A stretch of DNA of 53,120 bases from Octopus bimaculoides (GCF_001194135.2 NC_068993.1:58356140-58409259); one strand, 5' to 3'; positions 13,281 through 24,707 are shown, numbered from the stretch's first letter. Notes: generated from the sequence alone by a model not told the origin. Program-made: numbers and translations.

Positions 13281-13884
13281 CACATATATGTACATACATA
13301 ATTCATATGTGTGTGTGTGTAAGTGTATGGGTGTGTGTTTGTATGTATGTATGTATGTATGTATATTTATATTCAGATATGGATTATATATATTCATGCA
13401 GTGATATAAAAAGCCCTATGGTATTTTAACGTTGTTTAATGCAACAATGAACAAACGTTACATAAAAACGTGCATAAATTGTTGAATGAAAAGTTAATGC
13501 CATTTTATTTAAGTATAAGATGCATAATGTTCGACATCATACTGAATGCATCCTGAACATCATTCTTCAACTGCTTAGTCGAATCTGTCGAGTGTGTTAT
13601 GATTTGAATTTTCATTGTCTTCACTTTGATTTCTTCAATTAAATGCAAAAGCTTTGTAATGGTGTTTCTATAGCGGAATGAGACAATCGGGCACGGCTGT
13701 TGGGGCGTTGAAAATTGGCGTGGCTGATTGACAACGCGGATGTATTAATAACCTTATGTTTAGCAATTGTGGCAACCACACACGTGCGTTTGTGTAGAAA
13801 TGCATGTTTACAGACAATGAAGAGAGAGTGAAAGAAGGGGTTAGACATTACGTATAGACATAATTTCTTGAAATTGATACGCAC

Positions 13885-14052
13885 AAACACTGAGAGAGAG
13901 AGAGAGAGAGGGCCGAGTGAGTGAGTGAATGAGCGAGTGTGTGAGTAAGTGAGCGAGTGAGTAATCGAGTGAGAGAGTTAGTGAGTGAATAAGTGAGTGA
14001 GTGAATAAGTGAGTGAGTGAGTAAGTGAGTGAGTACGTGAGTGAGTGAGTGA
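13885..14052. repeat. (GA)n plus (GAGT)n microsatellite
   Basis: Direct reading. Confidence 0.9.
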
Positions 14053-14186
14053 CATGAAACAGATAGAAGTATTAAAATAGAGGAGAAATTTGTATTAAAA
14101 TAGAGAAGAAATTTGAAATCAATTTTGGTCTCGACATTCATACTAATATGCATACATAAGGCAATGTTGAGCTGGTGGAATTGTCT

Positions 14187-14323
14187 CACTGGTTTAATTT
14201 ATCAACCCTGAAAGAACGAAAGGCAAAGTCTACCTCTGCGGAATTTGAACTCAGAACGTAGCGGCAGATGAAATACCGCTAAGTAGTTTTCCCGGCGTGC
14301 AAACGATTCTGCCAACTCGCCGC
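14187..14323 (-). mobile_element. SINE family B, head and body, tail missing
   Basis: Reverse complement: gcggcgagttggcagaatcgtttgcacgccggg..tacgttctgagttcaaattccgcagaggtagactttgcctttc. Confidence 0.85.
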
Positions 14324-14559
14324 TTTTATCTTATAAAAGATTTCGGAACCAAAATGTAGCTGAGTTGTAAATTTCGGTAACTGAAACCAACAAAGGAGTG
14401 AATCATGAGATTTTTCTTTTTTTTTTTTTTCATTGCACCATACTCAACGAATGAACACTTTGGCAGAATTCACATGAAGGGCGAATTCATCACTGAATAA
14501 ATCCTGTCCAAGATTTCTTGTTTCATTGACGAGTGAATAAATGGAGCAACTTCTCGCAA

Positions 14560-14796
14560 GCACACACGCACACACACATATAGACACGCACATATATACA
14601 CATATAGAGACACACATACACAAACACAAGTACAGACACACAATCACACACGCACATACACACATACACACACACAAACATGCACATACACGCACACACA
14701 TACACACACGCAAACACACACGCAAACACACACGCAAACACAGACACACGTATGCACACACACACACACAAAACACAAACACACACACAAAACACA

Positions 14797-14828
<32 letters not shown>

Positions 14829-15162
14829 TACACACACAAAGATACACAGCCACACGCATACACACACGTACACACACACATGCACACGCTCTCAAATACA
14901 CACACACAAACACAGTCACACATATGCACATATACACACACACGCACACAAACACACAAGTACACACACACGAGGAGACACACAAATACACACACAAACA
15001 TACAGATACACACACACGTATACACACACATATACACACATACGCGCTCACACACACACAAATACACAACCACACACATACACACGCGCAAACACACACA
15101 CATATACACACACATGCACATACTCGCGCACACATAGACACAAACACACATACACACACAAA
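14560..15162. repeat. Long degenerate (CA)n/(CACG)/(CAAA) tract
   Basis: About 600 bp of mostly alternating purine-pyrimidine; source of the HT/CV pseudo-ORFs. Confidence 0.9.
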
Positions 15163-15205
15163 ACATCCATTTTAGTCATTTACCAGTGTCAGGTAATTTT
15201 TCATG

Positions 15206-15420
15206 TCACTGGGGTGTAAGACACCTACGAATACAGTTGCAAAAAATAGAGGGAGCCGCTTTGAAGTCTGTCATAACGGACTGTATCAATTTCGGAATTT
15301 TGATGCAACTGTAAGGTAACACGTGACTGTTTATCGCTAAGACAGTTGGACCTCCAGTTCTTGGCAGGTTTCCAACTGTGCCTGTTGTTTTAAAACATTT
15401 CAAAGTTTCGTAACAGATGT
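15206..15420 (-). mobile_element. Tc1-like transposase N-terminal remnant
   Basis: Translation KCFKTTGTVGNLPRTGGP...IPKL...CIRRCL resembles the Tc1 HTH segment KRFKETGSVxxxPRSGRP...NPRLT...TIRRRL. Confidence 0.6.
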
Positions 15421-15568
15421 CGTTGCTAGGAAGGGGTCGTATTTATTTATTGATTTCTTTTTAGACATGTGCGATTCCTTCGGCATATTGCGCTATCTTT
15501 AAACCAATATTATTCTCAGATCTTGTGATTATAAAATTTTGTGCATACATACATGGATATATATATGT

Positions 15569-15624
<56 letters not shown>

Positions 15625-15674
15625 CTGTCTGTCTGTGTGTGTGTGTGTATGTATGTATGAGTGTGTGCGTGTGT

Positions 15675-16060
15675 ATTCTTTTATTTGTTTCAGACATTTG
15701 ATTGCGGCCATGCTGTAGCAATGCCTTTTGATCGAAAAAATCATCCCCGGAACTTATTCTTTGTAAGCCTGGTACTTATTCTATCGGTTCTTTTGCCGAA
15801 CAGCTAAGTCACGAGGACGTACACGTACCAAAATCGGTTGCCAAACACACACATAAATATATTTATACATAAATATATATACAAAGAGAGTAAGAGTGAG
15901 AGAGAAGGGGAGAGAGATAGAAAGATAGATATACAATGGGCTTCTTTCAATTTCCGTCTACCAAATCCACTCATAAATATTTGAGAGCTACTCAGTGAGA
16001 CTGAACTTGGAACCTTGTGGCTGGGAAACAATCTTCTTACCACACAGCCACGCCTACTCC
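15675..16060 (-). mobile_element. SINE family A, end to end, with an internal deletion in the CORE-like region
   Basis: Tail (cagacatttgattgcggccatgctg), internal microsatellite, gggcttctttcaatttccgtctaccaaatccactc, head (cttcttaccacacagccacgcct). Confidence 0.85.
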
Positions 16061-16069
16061 TATGTATAT

Positions 16070-16150
16070 ATATGTATTGGTTTGATGCTCAAGAAGAATG
16101 GAAAAATCTTTAACGTTTCGAGCCTACGCTCTTACAGGAAGGAATATACA
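16070..16150 (-). mobile_element. Short dispersed repeat carrying a hammerhead-like motif (probable Penelope-like terminal fragment)
   Basis: Reverse complement cctgtaagagcgtaggctcgaaacgttaaagatttttcc..gagcatcaaaccaatac aligns with 20371-20445. Confidence 0.6.
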
Positions 16151-16408
16151 TAATACATACATACATACATGCATATATATATATATATATATATATANNN
16201 NNNNNNNNNNNNNNNNNNNNNNNNNNNNNNNNNNNNNNNNNNNNNNNNNNNNNNNNNNNNNNNNNNNNNNNNNNNNNNNNNNNNNNNNNNNNNNNNNNNN
16301 NNNNNNNNNNNNNNNNAAAGAATCCAAACTAGATCGAAAGCATCTATCTATCTATATATATATTTAAAAAACTAAAGTGACTTCTGAATCAACCTGTATT
16401 TCGATAGA

Positions 16409-16448
<40 letters not shown>

Positions 16449-16623
16449 ATGGTGTCCAAAATTTATGGGAGTATAACTCGAACGATGGATTCGTTTTCTA
16501 GCCTCATGGCCAAAATTTTGCCGTTTTATTTTAAAATGCGCAGCGGAGTATAAATTTTATCGTGATTGGTTAACATTTAAATGGCTGCTTTCGTAGCGGA
16601 TAACCAGAGTCATTTGTTTACAT

Positions 16624-16663
16624 CACTAACTTCTTTATTTTTCTTTTCTTTTTCTTTTCACAG
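16624..16663 (+). promoter_or_regulatory. Strong candidate 3' splice site (branch point, polypyrimidine tract, CAG)
   Basis: CACTAAC at 16624-16630, T/C-rich tract at 16631-16660, CAG at 16661-16663. Confidence 0.55.
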
Positions 16664-16684
16664 TTACTGCTTGGAGCGAACAAG
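16664..16684 (+). CDS. Candidate 21-nt microexon of an unidentified host gene (or start of a short terminal exon)
   Basis: ttactgcttggagcgaacaag followed by AG|GTAGAA; open in all three phases; no homology recognised. Confidence 0.3.
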
Positions 16685-17049
16685 GTAGAAAAAAGAAAAA
16701 GAAAATGAAAAAATAGCAAGGCATGTTGGTTAAGTAACGAAAATAAAACAAAATGCAAAGATCACGAACATGTTATTATATAATCGAAAAGATATAATTT
16801 GGCAAATAACGACCTAAAAATTAGGTGTTTCAAAAACAAGACGCTGATAAACGAAACACATATAGCATAAAAATTGCTGTTCGTCTTGACTGTTGATTGG
16901 TTCTTTCTCATGCTCATCAATGTTAGTTTGTTCGAAGTTCGGTGCTGCTTTCTCTTCTCATTAGCAATTTGAACGAAGAATTGTAGCTGTTCGACATTTT
17001 CGCATTAACTTTCGTTCCGATTCTCCATCAGAACCATGACCAGTTCTAC

Positions 17050-17470
17050 TCAGTCGTCCGCCTCCACAAGCTTGGCGATCACATGTCGATTTTCTATGTA
17101 ATTCAGAGTTTGGCCTCCACGAAGGTGTATGGTAGAAAATTGAATGTGATCTTGCGATTGAAATTTTCGAGAAGAACCCTTGAGTGTTTGGTGTCTCTTA
17201 GTGACAGAGAAACAAAGCTCACAGCCCGTTTTTTTTTTGACAGCCACTTAGAGGCTAAGCTTTCTGTCGAAATCCATTTGTGATGCGACGCCATATGCAC
17301 CATGTCTCCTCCGAAAGGCACCACAAGCGTACAGACCTCGTTGCTGGCAACATTTGGAGATTGTTGAATGGGTAAGGATTCTTCTAGTGTTGCTGATGAA
17401 AGAAGTCTTAAATATCTCGGCAACTGACCGTTTTTTTTTGGGGGGGGGGTGCGATCAGCGTGAGTGAAGT
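17050..17470 (-). mobile_element. Probable Tc1/mariner 5' end remnant
   Basis: Minus-strand (I/M)ENRHVIAKLVEA resembles a transposase start; the subterminal block gacagccacttagaggctaagctttctgtcgaaatccat is recalled as repetitive (unverified). Confidence 0.4.
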
Positions 17471-17494
17471 GTAACAAATAACCAAAACATCCAG

Positions 17495-17937
17495 TGAATT
17501 CTTTTACATCGTGTTTCTCTATGAATGACTAATTCTAGAAGTGTTATTTTTTTAGTCCTTTCCATTTCTTGCTCAACTTGCTCTAGTTTACCATTGCAAT
17601 GTACTGTTCCCTGGCATTGCTTGGAATGTCAGCTTCCTCCCAGGACGACATCAGTTGTCGAGCAAACTTCCTCGAAGAATCAAGTATTGGCAAATTCTTT
17701 TGACAAGACACTCAATGAATTCTCTTATGTGTTTTATTTGAATGACTAATTCTAGAGGCGTGATTTTTTTTTTTAGGTCCTTTCCATTTCATGATAAACT
17801 TGCTACAGTTTACATTTGCTGTATATTGTTCCCGGGGACAGCTTGGAATGTGAGCTTCTTCCCAGAACGACATCAGTTGCCGAACAAACTTCCCCAAAGA
17901 GTCAAGAATTGTAAAATTCTTTTCACAGAGACAAGAA
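17495..17937 (-). repeat. Diverged tandem duplication, 2 x ~221 bp, possibly a hATm-like transposase remnant
   Basis: tgaattct at 17495 and 17716 and gaatgactaattctaga in both copies; translations KFARQLMSSWEEADIP..KKWKGLKK and KFVRQLMSFWEEAHIP..MKWKGPKK. Confidence 0.75.
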
Positions 17938-18301
17938 AGGAAGTTCCTTGAAGAAAGTGAATCTTTTCATATCGCCAACTTTATAAGTAGATACACTTTC
18001 GAGTATTCATCTCCCGAAATCAAATAACTGCAATAAGAATTAGTGAATCGTTAATTGCGATTACGACAGAAATGAAACGAAATCAGTATAGGTAATTGGT
18101 TATGGAAATAAGAAGCGGTGAATCTTGCATTGAGATTTGTTACAATAAAACCGCCCCAGAACTAAACGAAAGATTGTTGCAATAATAAACAGCCACGTGT
18201 TTACAGTGAAATAAACCAGTTCTAAGGATTCGATTTAATTGAAGGACGATTAAGGATAACGAATGGATTTCAGAATAATCAGGAAGATGATTAATTGAAA
18301 G

Positions 18302-18374
18302 TTGATGATGGTGATGATGATGGTGAAGTTGATGATGATGAAGATGATGATGTTGATGATGATGTTGATGATGG

Positions 18375-18408
<34 letters not shown>

Positions 18409-19425
18409 AGAGGAGTAAAAAGGGAAAAGTAGAAGGGAGGAGGATTTGGAGGGGGAGGAAGAAGTGGAAGGACGAGGAGGGAAGGAGTGAGGAGGAAGAG
18501 GAAGGACGAGGGACGCGGAGAAGGAGGGAGTAGGTGAAGTAGGAGGAGGAAGGGAGGATGACGTGGATGAGATAGAGGAGGAAGGGGAAGAAAAGGAGGA
18601 GGAAGAGGAAGTGGAGGAGGAGGAGGAGGAGGAAGTAGAAAAGGAGGAGGAGGNNNNNNNNNNNNNNNNNNNNNNNNNNNNNNNNNNNNNNNNNNNNNNN
18701 NNNNNNNNNNNNNNNNNNNNNNNNNNNNNNNNNNNNNNNNNNNNNNNNNNNNNNNNNNNNNNNNNNNNNNNNNNNNNNNNNNNNNNNNNNNNNNNNNNNN
18801 NNNNNNNNNNNNNNNNNNNNNNNNNNNNNNNNNNNNNNNNNNNNNNNNNNNNNNNNNNNNNNNNNNNNNNNNNNNNNNNNNNNNNNNNNNNNNNNNNNNN
18901 NNNNNNNNNNNNNNNNNNNNNNNNNNNNNNNNNNNNNNNNNNNNNNNNNNNNNNNNNNNNNNNNNNNNNNNNNNNNNNNNNNNNNNNNNNNNNNNNNNNN
19001 NNNNNNNNNNNNNNNNNNNNNNNNNNNNNNNNNNNNNNNNNNNNNNNNNNNNNNNNNNNNNNNNNNNNNNNNNNNNNNNNNNNNNNNNNNNNNNNNNNNN
19101 NNNNNNNNNNNNNNNNNNNNNNNNNNNNNNNNNNNNNNNNNNNNNNNNNNNNNNNNNNNNNNNNNNNNNNNNNNNNNNNNNNNNNNNNNNNNNNNNNNNN
19201 NNNNNNNNNNNNNNNNNNNNNNNNNNNNNNNNNNNNNNNAAGAGGAGGAGGAAGATGGAAGTGAAGGAGGATGAGGCGGAGAATGAGGAGGAGGAGGAGG
19301 AGCAAAGGAAGTGGAGATGGTGTAGCTCGAGGAAAAGAAGAAGAAAAAGAAGAAAAAGAAGAAGAAGAAGAAGAAGAAGAAGAAGAAGAAGAAGAAGAAG
19401 AAGAAGAAGAAGAAGAAGAAGAAGA
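18302..19425. repeat. (GAT)n followed by a purine-rich (GGA)n/(GAA)n tract, spanning a gap
   Basis: Direct reading; source of the poly-E/poly-S pseudo-ORFs. Confidence 0.9.
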
Positions 19426-19771
19426 CTATGTTAATGCAATATTAACTATGTTTTAGATGACAACGTTAAATGAAAAATTGAATAAGAATAAAGAAACAAA
19501 GTAATTAAAAAAAAATAGCGTACACCTCCATCTTTCATTAGAAGGATTAGTTTTATAAGTAGATAAAAGAAAGAATTCAGTATTGATCAATCACACGAAC
19601 ACAGACACACACACATACACACGCACAATACACACACATACACACGCACGCACCCACTCACAGACACACACATACACACACTCCCGCACACAGACAGATA
19701 TCCATGCATATACAGCTATACAGATTGCGCGTGTGTGTGTGTGTATATATATATATGTATATATATATATG

Positions 19772-19847
<76 letters not shown>

Positions 19848-20234
19848 TATATACATACATATAAAAAATATATATATATATATATAGATATATATACATA
19901 TATATATAGAGAGAGATATGAATATATATGCATATATATATAGATATATGAATATATATATAAATATCTATATGTTTGTGTGGGGGTGTGTCGTATGTAT
20001 AAGGTAATTGTAAAAGATTATGGAGACGCCATCCAAGTATAGTGATTTAAAAGGCGGGAGCAACATTTTGAAGTCACTTAAATAAGATTATTTTTTCAAT
20101 AGTGTTTATTTGGATTTTTATTTTATTCTACTTTTATTTTTTCCTATAATGGAATACATTTCTGGGCTGAGACTATAAAAATTCTTTACTGGCATACAAA
20201 TGACATTACCTTAATATACGCACACTATTATATG

Positions 20235-20266
<32 letters not shown>

Positions 20267-20340
20267 TGTACGCATGTATGTGTATATATATATATATATA
20301 TATAAGTATGTGTGTACGTATATCACGCACGCATATATAT

Positions 20341-20500
20341 TCTTTTCTTCTGCCTGTCTATTTTCTTTCCCGATTCCTTTTTGTAGAAGAGTGTAGGCTC
20401 GAAACGTCAACGATTTCCATTTTTCCTAAGCGTCAAACTAACATATCTTGTGTGTTGTTCCTACACATGTCATTTTTCTTTGTGTTTTCTTTTTTATATT
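20341..20500 (+). mobile_element. Dispersed repeat carrying a hammerhead-like motif (probable Penelope-like terminal fragment)
   Basis: cgattcctttttgtagaagagtgtaggctcgaaacgtcaacgatttcc..gcgtcaaactaac aligns with the reverse complement of 16070-16150. Confidence 0.6.
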
Positions 20501-20510
20501 TTTGTCACAA

Positions 20511-20649
20511 CTGTACTTAATTTATCGACCCCCGAAAGGATGAAAAGCAAAGTCGACCTCGGCGGAATTTGAAGTCAGAACACGAAGACAGACGAAATAT
20601 CGCTAAGCATTTCGCCCGGCGTGCTGACGATTCTGCCAGGTCACCGCCT
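20511..20649 (-). mobile_element. SINE family B, head and body
   Basis: tacttaatttatcgacccccgaaaggatgaaaagcaaagtcgacctcggcggaatttgaa..ttctgccaggtcaccgcc. Confidence 0.9.
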
Positions 20650-20697
20650 TAGATTTAAAATATTAAGATCGATTTTTACGACTCATCCCTTCGAGGT

Positions 20698-20750
20698 TAT
20701 GCTCCATCATGGCCGCAATCCAGTAAGTGAAATAAGTAAAAGGAATAAAG
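20698..20750 (+). mobile_element. SINE shared 3' tail fragment
   Basis: gctccatcatggccgcaatc..gaaataagtaaaag resembles the tail at 50190-50239. Confidence 0.55.
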
Positions 20751-21260
20751 AATAGACAAATGCGGAGTATGTTTATATCGTGTTGCGATTCTAAGTTAGA
20801 TGTACTTGATGCTGTTTGGCGATGTTTGTAATAAGAGGACAGAAGGAGAGAGAGAGAGAGAGGGGGGGAGGGAGAGAAAGAGACAGGCAGACAGACGGGC
20901 AGACAGACAGACAGACAGGCAGAAAGAGAAGACAGGGAAGGAAAGAAAAGCAGAGCGAGAGAGAGTGAGCGCGCGTCACCAACACTCCGTCATCGACATC
21001 GTCATCGACATCGTCATCGACATCGTCATCAGCATCGTAGTCGTCGTCGTCGTCGTATAGATGTCGTCGTCATCATCATCAGTATCATCATAGTCATCGA
21101 CGTCATCATCATCACATTCATGAGCATCGGCATCATTATCATCATCATCACTCTCATCAACTTCCTCATCACACACACACACACACACACACGTGTTTAA
21201 ATGATACTTGCAGGGCTGCAGCAGATGCCCGGCTTTATCTTTTATTTATGATTTCCCTTG

Positions 21261-21305
21261 TTGTTATCGTTTCAGTCGTTGGACTGCGGCCATGCTGGAG
21301 CACCT
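21261..21305 (-). mobile_element. SINE shared 3' tail fragment
   Basis: gtttcagtcgttggactgcggccatgctggagcacc. Confidence 0.75.
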
Positions 21306-21444
21306 TTCTCCTTTCCTACGAAGTGCTATGCTCGAAACATCAAACACTCTCATCTTAGCGAGCGACAGGCCTAATACGTTCCTTGTGCACGTCCTATTGT
21401 TGTCCATTAACTTTTATTGTTCGTTTTTTTTTTTATTCATTATA

Positions 21445-21583
21445 GAGCACTCCATAGACACGTCTACCCCTTCGCATACATCCCAGGGAGATTGAGCGTG
21501 ACACAAAGTTAGAGAAGGCTGGCCCTTTTGAAAAATAGGTACTACTCATTTTTAGCCAGCTGACTGGACTGATGCACTGAGAA
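21445..21583 (-). mobile_element. SINE fragment with a family C body but a different upstream module
   Basis: gagcactccatagacacgt..gattgagcgtgacaca..aaggctggcccttt is shared with 4810-4890, then diverges into aataggtactactcatttttagccagctgactggactg. Confidence 0.7.
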
Positions 21584-22317
21584 ATATATATATATATATA
21601 TATATATATANNNNNNNNNNNNNNNNNNNNNNNNNNNNNNNNNNNNNNNNNNNNNNNNNNNNNNNNNNNNNNNNNNNNNNNNNNNNNNNNNNNNNNNNNN
21701 NNNNNNNNNNNNNNNNNNNNNNNNNNNNNNNNNNNNNNNNNNNNNNNNNNNNNNNNNNNNNNNNNNNNNNNNNNNNNNNNNNNNNNNNNNNNNNNNNNNN
21801 NNNNNNNNNNNNNNNNNNNNNNNNNNNNNNNNNNNNNNNNNNNNNNNNNNNNNNNNNNNNNNNNNNNNNNNNNNNNNNNNNNNNNNNNNNNNNNNNNNNN
21901 NNNNNNNNNNNNNNNNNNNNNNNNNNNNNNNNNNNNNNNNNNNNNNNNNNNNNNNNNNNNNNNNNNNNNNNNNNNNNNNNNNNNNNNNNNNNNNNNNNNN
22001 NNNNNNNNNNNNNNNNNNNNNNNNNNNNNNNNNNNNNNNNNNNNNNNNNNNNNNNNNNNNNNNNNNNNNNNNNNNNNNNNNNNNNNNNNNNNNNNNNNNN
22101 NNNNNNNNNNNNNNNNNNNNNNNNNNNNNNNNNNNNNNNNNNNNNNNNNNNNNNNNNNNNNNNNNNNNNNNNNNNNNNNNNNNNNNNNNNNNNNNNNNNN
22201 NNNNNNNNNNNNNNNNNNNNNNNNNNNNNNNNNNNNNNNNNNNNNNNNNNNNNNNNNNNNNNNNNNNNNNNNNNNNNNNNNNNNNNNNNNNNNNNNNNNN
22301 NNNNNNNNNNNNATATA

Positions 22318-22482
22318 CAGGCGGAGAAGTGGCTGTGTGGTAAGTAGCTTGCTTACCAAACACATGGTTCTGGGATCATCCCCACTGCGTGGCACTTTGG
22401 GCAAGTGTCTTCTGCTATAGCCTCGGGCCGACCAAAGCCATTAGAGCGGATTTGGGAGACGAAAACTGAAAGAAGCCCGTCG
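22318..22482 (+). mobile_element. SINE family A, 5' half, ending in its internal microsatellite
   Basis: caggcggagaagtggctgtgtggtaag..ggcactttgggcaagtgtcttctgctatagcctcgggccgaccaaagcc..aagaagcccgtcg-(TA)(TG). Confidence 0.9.
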
Positions 22483-22594
22483 TATATATATGTGTGTGTG
22501 TGTGTGTGTATGTGTGCGTGCGTGTGTATATATATATGTATGTATGTATGTATATACATATACATATATATATGCATATATGTACACCCACATA

Positions 22595-22637
<43 letters not shown>

Positions 22638-22657
22638 ATAAGATAGATAGATTGATT

Positions 22658-22718
<61 letters not shown>

Positions 22719-23719
22719 AGAGAGAGGCACAGTGAGAGAGGTGAGGGCAATTACATAAGCTCACACATATGCATACTGAACACTAAGGTTCGGAATGTTA
22801 ACTCCGTTGGTGGAGAATTTCATAAGACAATGAAATTCCATAGTTGGATGGCAGAGACCGGAAGAGACGAGATGGCGGCAGAAACTGCGAAGTGACGAAA
22901 ATCTGTGCGTGTGTATGTGTGTGTGTGTGTGTGTGTATGTGTGTGTGTGTGTGTGTGAGTGTTTAATGCATCTGACATTGTGTGAAACGTGATGATGGGA
23001 GTTAATAGTGTGTGAGAGTGACGGGGAAGATGAGAAACTGAATAGCAAATTAATTGTAGATTAATTACTTTTATATCAACATGTCTCAATTTACACCTAG
23101 ACGGCGCAATGTGTTCTACTGCGTTTGAACACAGATACACATGTAATATGTATTACCTACATGTATTATGCATGAATGTGTGTACACACACAAACACACA
23201 AATATATTCTGTACACACACACATATTTATGTATGTATAGTTATGTTTATTCATACATATAAAAACATATGTTCATATGTATATATATACATATATATAT
23301 ATATANNNNNNNNNNNNNNNNNNNNNNNNNNNNNNNNNNNNNNNNNNNNNNNNNNNNNNNNNNNNNNNNNNNNNNNNNNNNNNNNNNNNNNNNNNNNNNN
23401 NNNNNNNNNNNNNNNNNNNNNNNNNNNNNNNNNNNNNNNNNNNNNNNNNNNNNNNNNNNNNNNNNNNNNNNNNNNNNNNNNNNNNNNNNNNNNNNNNNNN
23501 NNNNNNNNNNNNNNNNNNNNNNNNNNNNNNNNNNNNNNNNNNNNNNNNNNNNNNNNNNNNNNNNNNNNNNNNNNNNNNNNNNNNNNNNNNNNNNNNNNNN
23601 NNNNNNNNNNNNNNNNNNNNNNNNNNNNNNNNNNNNATATATATATATATATATATATATATAAATGTATATACATATGTTTATCAATACATACAAGCAT
23701 AAATATATTTCCTATGTCA

Positions 23720-24135
23720 GTACTTTACGATGGATTCAGATCCTCGGTAAACGATTTTGAGTCTTTTGTGTAAAAATAAAAGCTCCGCCAATATACAACA
23801 GAACATGGATCGCCATCTTGGATGATATTTCAGGACACAAAATTCAAGCTGTTGGAGTAAAACGTATTCTTTCAAACAGAAGCTCTCGTTCTGAGTGGAG
23901 TACCTGACGGAACACTCCTGGGGTCATTACTGTTTGTAATCGCTTTCTCAGATTTGTCTTCAATGAGACAAACAGACATTTATACCAATTATAATCTTGA
24001 TATGAATATATTAGAGGCAACCTAGGGGAAATGATGATGTCAAAAATCTCCAGAAGTTCTGATAGTAATGTAAACTTGAGCTGAAGATAACAGCGCGCAA
24101 TATGATGCTGGAAATTTCGATCACTTTACTATCAG
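23720..24135 (+). mobile_element. Degraded CR1-clade LINE reverse transcriptase fragment
   Basis: LSGVPDGTLLGSLLFVIAFSDL (23891 onward) matches the RT motif SGVPQGTVLGPLLF; downstream *AEDNSAQYDAGNF matches WAEDNNMQFNAGKF; stops and frameshifts present. Confidence 0.8.
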
Positions 24136-24256
24136 ACGTTTAACATTGAAACGAGATCTTGCAGGACTATAAAAGCATTCTCTCCCTCCCTCACTCTCTC
24201 TCCCTCTGTCTCACTCGCTTTGTGTGTATATGTATATATATGTGTGTGTATATATA

Positions 24257-24707
24257 TTCTTTTATTTATTTATTCGTTTACTTGTTTCGTTCATTTGACT
24301 GCGGCCATGCTGGAGCACCGCCTTTATTTGAACAAATCGACCCCAGGAATTATTCTTTGTAAGCCTAGTACTTATTCTATCGGACACTTTTGCCGAACCG
24401 ATTGGTGACAGAGACGTAAACACATCAAAATCGGTTGTCAATCGATGGTAGGGGAGGACAAACGCACACACACACAAACAAATACATACATATATGCATA
24501 CATACATACATACATACATTCATACATACATACATATACATATGTATATACGACGGGCGTCTTTTAGATTCCGTCTACCAAATCCACTCACAAGGCTTTG
24601 GTCGGTCCGAGGCTATAGCAGAACATACTAGCCCAAGTTACCAAGCAGTAGGACTGAACCCGGAATCATGTGGTTCGTAAGCACGCTACTTACCACACAC
24701 CCACTCT
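24257..24707 (-). mobile_element. SINE family A, full length
   Basis: Tail, internal (CA)/(TACA) microsatellite, CORE-like region and head all colinear with the reverse complement of 49795-50239. Confidence 0.9.

Noticed and set aside
14444-15219. Cys/Val and His/Thr-rich ORFs resembling metallothionein or His-rich proteins
   Set aside because: Translation of degenerate (CA)n; open in many frames
18563-19456. Acidic poly-E ORFs
   Set aside because: (GGA)n/(GAA)n microsatellite around a gap
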